Assembly: GCA_965216875.1 (NCBI GenBank)
Contig: OZ244207.1
Location: forward strand, 5,856,001 to 5,920,000
Source: Rubripirellula sp.
GTDB taxonomy: Bacteria > Planctomycetota > Planctomycetia > Pirellulales > Pirellulaceae
Length of the DNA stretch: 64,000 nucleotides
Direction: 5' to 3'
Shown here: positions 60,312 to 64,000 of the stretch, piece after piece
How the letters are laid out: each line of letters begins with the position of its first letter
How positions within the stretch are numbered: position 1 is the stretch's first letter
Made by a program: the position numbers and the translations under genes
The notes under the pieces: generated by a model
Told to the model about the DNA's origin: nothing
Databases searched by the model: none
What the model saw: the letters and a program-made list of their open reading frames with translations, nothing else

Positions 60312-61433
60312 TCACGCCAGGATAGCTGCGTCAGCTTCCGGCTGACTGCGATGCGGATTCGATCCAGAGTAGTACAACGTTGCTCCGACTCCGCCGAACT
60401 CGTGCAGCTTTTCGGCAGCCTTGCCGTACACAAACTCGATCTCCGCGCCCGTTCGAGTGGCTTGGACAATGAGCGAATCGAATTCGCTCGCATCCATCGG
60501 ATAGGGCACGACCACCGTCTTTGCCAAACCTTTGGATAGAGCGGTTTGAACACCTTGGTACTCGACGACGGCCGAACCGTCGCGGTTGTACGCTGCAACC
60601 AGATCGTCGACCACACCTAGGTCATGCTCCAATTCGAAGCGATCGGAAATGCCTCGCACCGTTTCGGCAACGTCATTCTCGGACGTCGTGAAATCGATGC
60701 GTTCAACGGCGACCAAATTCGTTCGGACGAGTGGATGCAACGCATTCTTGATCGCGTGCGCCGACTTGAGATTTCCACCAAGGACCAATCGCTCGACGTC
60801 GGGATCGGACAAGAAGTAGCGATTGAGTTCGGTCGCCACCTCTTTCGTGAACTTCCGCTCGTATTCTTCGGCGCGACTCACATGTTTGTGCGTGTGCCCG
60901 CTTCGTCCGAAGCGACCTGCCAAATCATGATTGGTCTTTAGCACAAGTTCCTCAGTGGCCCGAGCGACAAAGACCTCAATCACCCGTACGTCCGATCCTG
61001 AGGTCAGGACGACGAGGTACTTTTTGTATTGATCGAGATTGAACAGCATCTCTTTCAACTGGGGCAGTCCATAGTAGAGCCTCGTTTTGGTGGGCAACGG
61101 CATGTCAACGGCAACAACTTCGTTGTGATCCGTAAAGAGAACGGCCGAGCGGCCCGAGACGGGATGTTGACTGAGATAGTCGGCGACCATGTCTTCGGTG
61201 TTGGCCCACTTGTTCTGTGCGGCGCGCCGCTTGAGCTTTTCCTGGTCCAACTCTTCTTCGAGTTCCTTCGCCGCGTTCTTCAGCTCAATCAGCCAAGCCG
61301 GGCGATCCTTGCGGTTATCGGGATCCGTTGGATCCAGATTCACATAGGCGGTCAGGACGGGCCGGTTCTCAGAATCGTCCGAACGTACAAAGTCTCGAAA
61401 CCGCTGGAGTACATCGTTGATTCGCGTTTTCAT
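60312..61433 (-). CDS. Bacterial archaeo-eukaryotic release factor (aeRF1/baeRF-like) protein
   Basis: PVLTAYVNLDP, G.S.VLF, P.L..., LVVL...R, RLVLGG, L7Ae-like C-terminus GAEIEFV....L...GGVGATLYY. Confidence 0.82.
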   Translation of the reverse strand: MKTRINDVLQRFRDFVRSDDSENRPVLTAYVNLDPTDPDNRKDRPAWLIELKNAAKELEEELDQEKLKRRAAQNKWANTEDMVADYLSQHPVSGRSAVLFTDHNEVVAVDMPLPTKTRLYYGLPQLKEMLFNLDQYKKYLVVLTSGSDVRVIEVFVARATEELVLKTNHDLAGRFGRSGHTHKHVSRAEEYERKFTKEVATELNRYFLSDPDVERLVLGGNLKSAHAIKNALHPLVRTNLVAVERIDFTTSENDVAETVRGISDRFELEHDLGVVDDLVAAYNRDGSAVVEYQGVQTALSKGLAKTVVVPYPMDASEFDSLIVQATRTGAEIEFVYGKAAEKLHEFGGVGATLYYSGSNPHRSQPEADAAILA

Positions 61434-61589
61434 CTATCCAAATCCTTCTTCGTTGAGGACGCATGGGACTTACTGTTGCGTTGAGCCGTTTGAGTGCTCG
61501 TTAGATAGATGGTTTCAAGTCGCTGGAGATTACAGCAAACGAAAAAGAACTGCCGTTTTTTCGACGCCGCAATCCCCTGTGATTCCCGC

Positions 61590-62060
61590 CGTTCGTAGTA
61601 CCGAGCTTTAGCCGGAATCTTCTGGCTCCATGAGCCGTATGCGCTAGCATCGGGCCTCTCGCGTTTGGTTCACCGTAAGAGTAGGCCGGATCAAGGAGCC
61701 ACAGCGACGCAGATCCGGCAGCGGCGCTCGCCTGAGCGTCGGAAACCGGAAGGCGGCATGCGATCTGGCGAAGGTAGCTACGAAGACCACCGGCGGTGAG
61801 TGGCCGTGATTCACAGTGAGCCGTGATCGCGTAAGCGGCCGGGCATTGCACACAGCGTTTGGTCCGCCGTTCGCAGTACCGTCTTTTGGCGGCGTGCGCG
61901 AAGATTCCGGCTAAAGCTCGGTACTACAAACTGATCAGCCGAATGCGCTAGCATCGGGCCTCTCGCGCTTGGTTCACCGTGGCGACGGTCGCCAGAGCGG
62001 CGGGAACCGGCCAGCGGCATACTATCGCCAACCACCTTCTGGCGAAGGTAGCTACGAGGA
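61590..62060. repeat. Mosaic of at least five REP-like palindrome classes
   Basis: GTAGTACCGAGCTTTAGCCGGAATC (~61597) and its inverse (~61903-61927); AGCCG.ATGCGCTAGCATCGGGCCTCTCGCG.TTGGTTCACCGT twice (~61633, ~61937); GTAGGCCGGATCAAGGAGC (61681); CTGGCGAAGGTAGCTACG twice (~61765, ~62039); GTGAGCCGTGATCGCGTAAGCGGCCGGG (~61816). Confidence 0.85.
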
Positions 62061-62076
62061 CATCAATACGCCGCAT

Positions 62077-62889
62077 CTACCGTTCGTCGCGGGGCGGACT
62101 GGACCGATACTCAGGCGTTTCGCAGAAATAGGCTCCGTGACTTTGAGCATACTGCCCGATTGGTACTGACCAGACTTCCGCTCCGTCCAATTTCGCACTC
62201 AACGACAAATCCGACATGCGCGCAAATGCGTAGCGCCAGTTGATCGAGTCATCGGCGTTCCTGGTTGATTCCAGCAACACCACCGATTCGAGGTCGGTCC
62301 CTTCGACATATCCGAAGATGGCTCCATAAGACTTCGAGTGAGACTGGTCACTGTAGACATAGAGCGGACGAGGGAGGACGCGCAACTCGTTCGTTTTGTT
62401 TTCCCGATCGGTGCTGGTCAACGCGAATCGTCGGGCCAGGTTACGGGCCTGCAGACTTTGTCTCTGCGACGAGGTCGCTGCGGGTACGTCATCGAGCCGA
62501 TGCCACTTAATGCCACCCTCAGGGCAATTCCAAACACGCGTTCCCTGTGTGCCACGGATCGCCGAATCGCTGAGCGATTGCAGTTCGTGGCAGACCCCAA
62601 ACTGATCTCCCCTGGGCCAGATAAAGAGTGTGCCAATCACGGCGGGTCGCTGACCGTCGGTCCACAGATAAACCGCGCCCTGACTGCCGCCGCGAACCGG
62701 CTGACTCCAATTGGTGATTGGCTCCGGACGCAAGCGAAGCGGCTTCGGTTGGGCCGACGTGCCACTGGACAGTTCGTAAGACTTCGCGAGTTTTTCGAAG
62801 TACGGATACCACGACTCTTCCTCGCACTGACCAACCAAAGCAAATCCGAGCAGACAAGCGAGCATCAAGACAAAACGGATCGCAGTCAT
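62077..62889 (-). CDS. Hypothetical exported protein (planctomycete-type)
   Basis: AGGAGG 7 nt before ATG 62889; signal peptide; W..PVR....G..YLW...RP, LRVLPRPLY.Y, GTD.E. Confidence 0.75.
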   Translation of the reverse strand: MTAIRFVLMLACLLGFALVGQCEEESWYPYFEKLAKSYELSSGTSAQPKPLRLRPEPITNWSQPVRGGSQGAVYLWTDGQRPAVIGTLFIWPRGDQFGVCHELQSLSDSAIRGTQGTRVWNCPEGGIKWHRLDDVPAATSSQRQSLQARNLARRFALTSTDRENKTNELRVLPRPLYVYSDQSHSKSYGAIFGYVEGTDLESVVLLESTRNADDSINWRYAFARMSDLSLSAKLDGAEVWSVPIGQYAQSHGAYFCETPEYRSSPPRDER

Positions 62890-63640
62890 CAACCATCCTC
62901 CTCGGCAGCAAACATTAGACATATCGTCTATTTATAGAAGACGAATCTCCCCACGTCAAAACCCACCACTTTACGCGCAGCGAAAGCTGCGTCATTCAAA
63001 TCACCGATCGGGCGTGCCAACTTTAGCGAGAGTGCCTAGACTCAATCTTAGCCACTACCAGTCTCTTGACATGATCGTGCTGTTGGTTGGAACGAGCAGT
63101 TGATTCGCAACTCTCTAGTGGAGACGACGCTGAAACCGTCTTGGCTGATCGACACTCTTGCCATAGAACCGTCGTACCCCGGAACCTACCGTCGAGGCAC
63201 CTGCAGAACGTGCAGCTGCAGTAAACGCCCGTTTCCGCAATCACACGCGCACATAAAAAAGGCCACGCTGCCGGAAGTGGATTGACCGCGTGGCAAGATC
63301 GAGGCCGCGAGACCTCTATCCAGGATTGGTGACGCCGGTGACGTTCATGCCCCGCGTACGTAGCAAGCGACTACCGGTCCGCTCCGTTCTAAGCGGGACA
63401 GCTGCACTTAAGCAACACTAAACACGTCAACTTTTCCGAGAAGCGAAAGAGGTAGGACGTTTGCGAATGAAAGAAAACGCCGCCCAGAGTGTAGGCACCG
63501 GGCGGCAGAGCAACGACACGGCGCAGGCCAGCCTCATGCCTTTCGTAGGATCGACAGCCACGTCAGCGATCGTGTATTAAGAATTGAAAGTTCCTGCAAC
63601 CAGAGTAGAACGGCCGACGACCTTCGTCGAATATAACTGC

Positions 63641-63742
63641 ATGACGATTCGAGATGCTGCGTTCTTTTTGATCGCGTTGGCTGTGTTTGTGATAACGGCT
63701 TTTGTAGCTCGAGTCATCTTTGCGGCACTCGGTGCTAGTTGA
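63641..63742 (+). CDS. Possible small hydrophobic membrane peptide (33 aa)
   Basis: MTIRDAAFFLIALAVFVITAFVARVIFAALGAS, a single TM-like stretch; no clear RBS. Confidence 0.35.
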   Translation: MTIRDAAFFLIALAVFVITAFVARVIFAALGAS

Positions 63743-64000
63743 TTGTCGCGAGCTCGGCAAGAACCAGAAAGACTGCGAACTCCCGACCAAGCCTGAAAGT
63801 CTTCTGCATTGAGACGAGTGCTTATTTGATAGCTGGTCGGTAGCCTTCTCGATTACGAAAACCTAACGACAATGTATGAGTGCATACAAAAACCCATCCA
63901 CTCAAGCGATTGGACGGACTACACAACACATTCGCACGTGGGCGTAACGTGACAATGACTTTACACATCGGCAACGCTGGCCGAGAGATCCGTTGAGTCG

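Noticed and set aside
63023..63790. ORFs 63023-63244, 63100-63285 and 63563-63790
   Set aside because: Atypical composition, with no RBS or recognisable motifs.

Overview
A gene-dense, GC-rich bacterial chromosomal segment, most likely from a planctomycete (Pirellulaceae-like). The assignment rests on an 'LESLERRRLLA' N-terminal motif with a dockerin C-terminus, an FG-GAP/ASPIC-UnbV protein, three Cys-type sulfatases, DUF1080, CehA/McbA-type hydrolases and a type III PKS. About 43 protein genes are supported: a His-rich heavy-metal RND pump (truncated at the window edge), RadC, a CsrA paralogue, two hybrid histidine kinases, an ABC-2 exporter, a GntR-ROK-deoC operon, a 4x spondin surface protein and an aeRF1-like (possibly Balon-type) factor. 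No rRNA, tRNA or CRISPR-cas was seen. The most unusual structures are three. (1) An HUH/RAYT-like tyrosine transposase is enclosed by two inward-pointing arrays of a 13-nt motif (GGGGACAGAGCAC) with variable spacers that show stuttered re-copying of the bases next to each motif. (2) A GxxExxY nuclease-like gene is bracketed by direct repeats of paired ~135-bp hairpin units. (3) One protein fuses a receiver domain, a dead sigma54-type AAA+ domain, a Ser/Thr kinase and a C-terminal zinc anti-sigma motif. Intergenic DNA carries mosaics of several REP-like palindrome classes. All product calls come from motif reading and recall, not from database searches.
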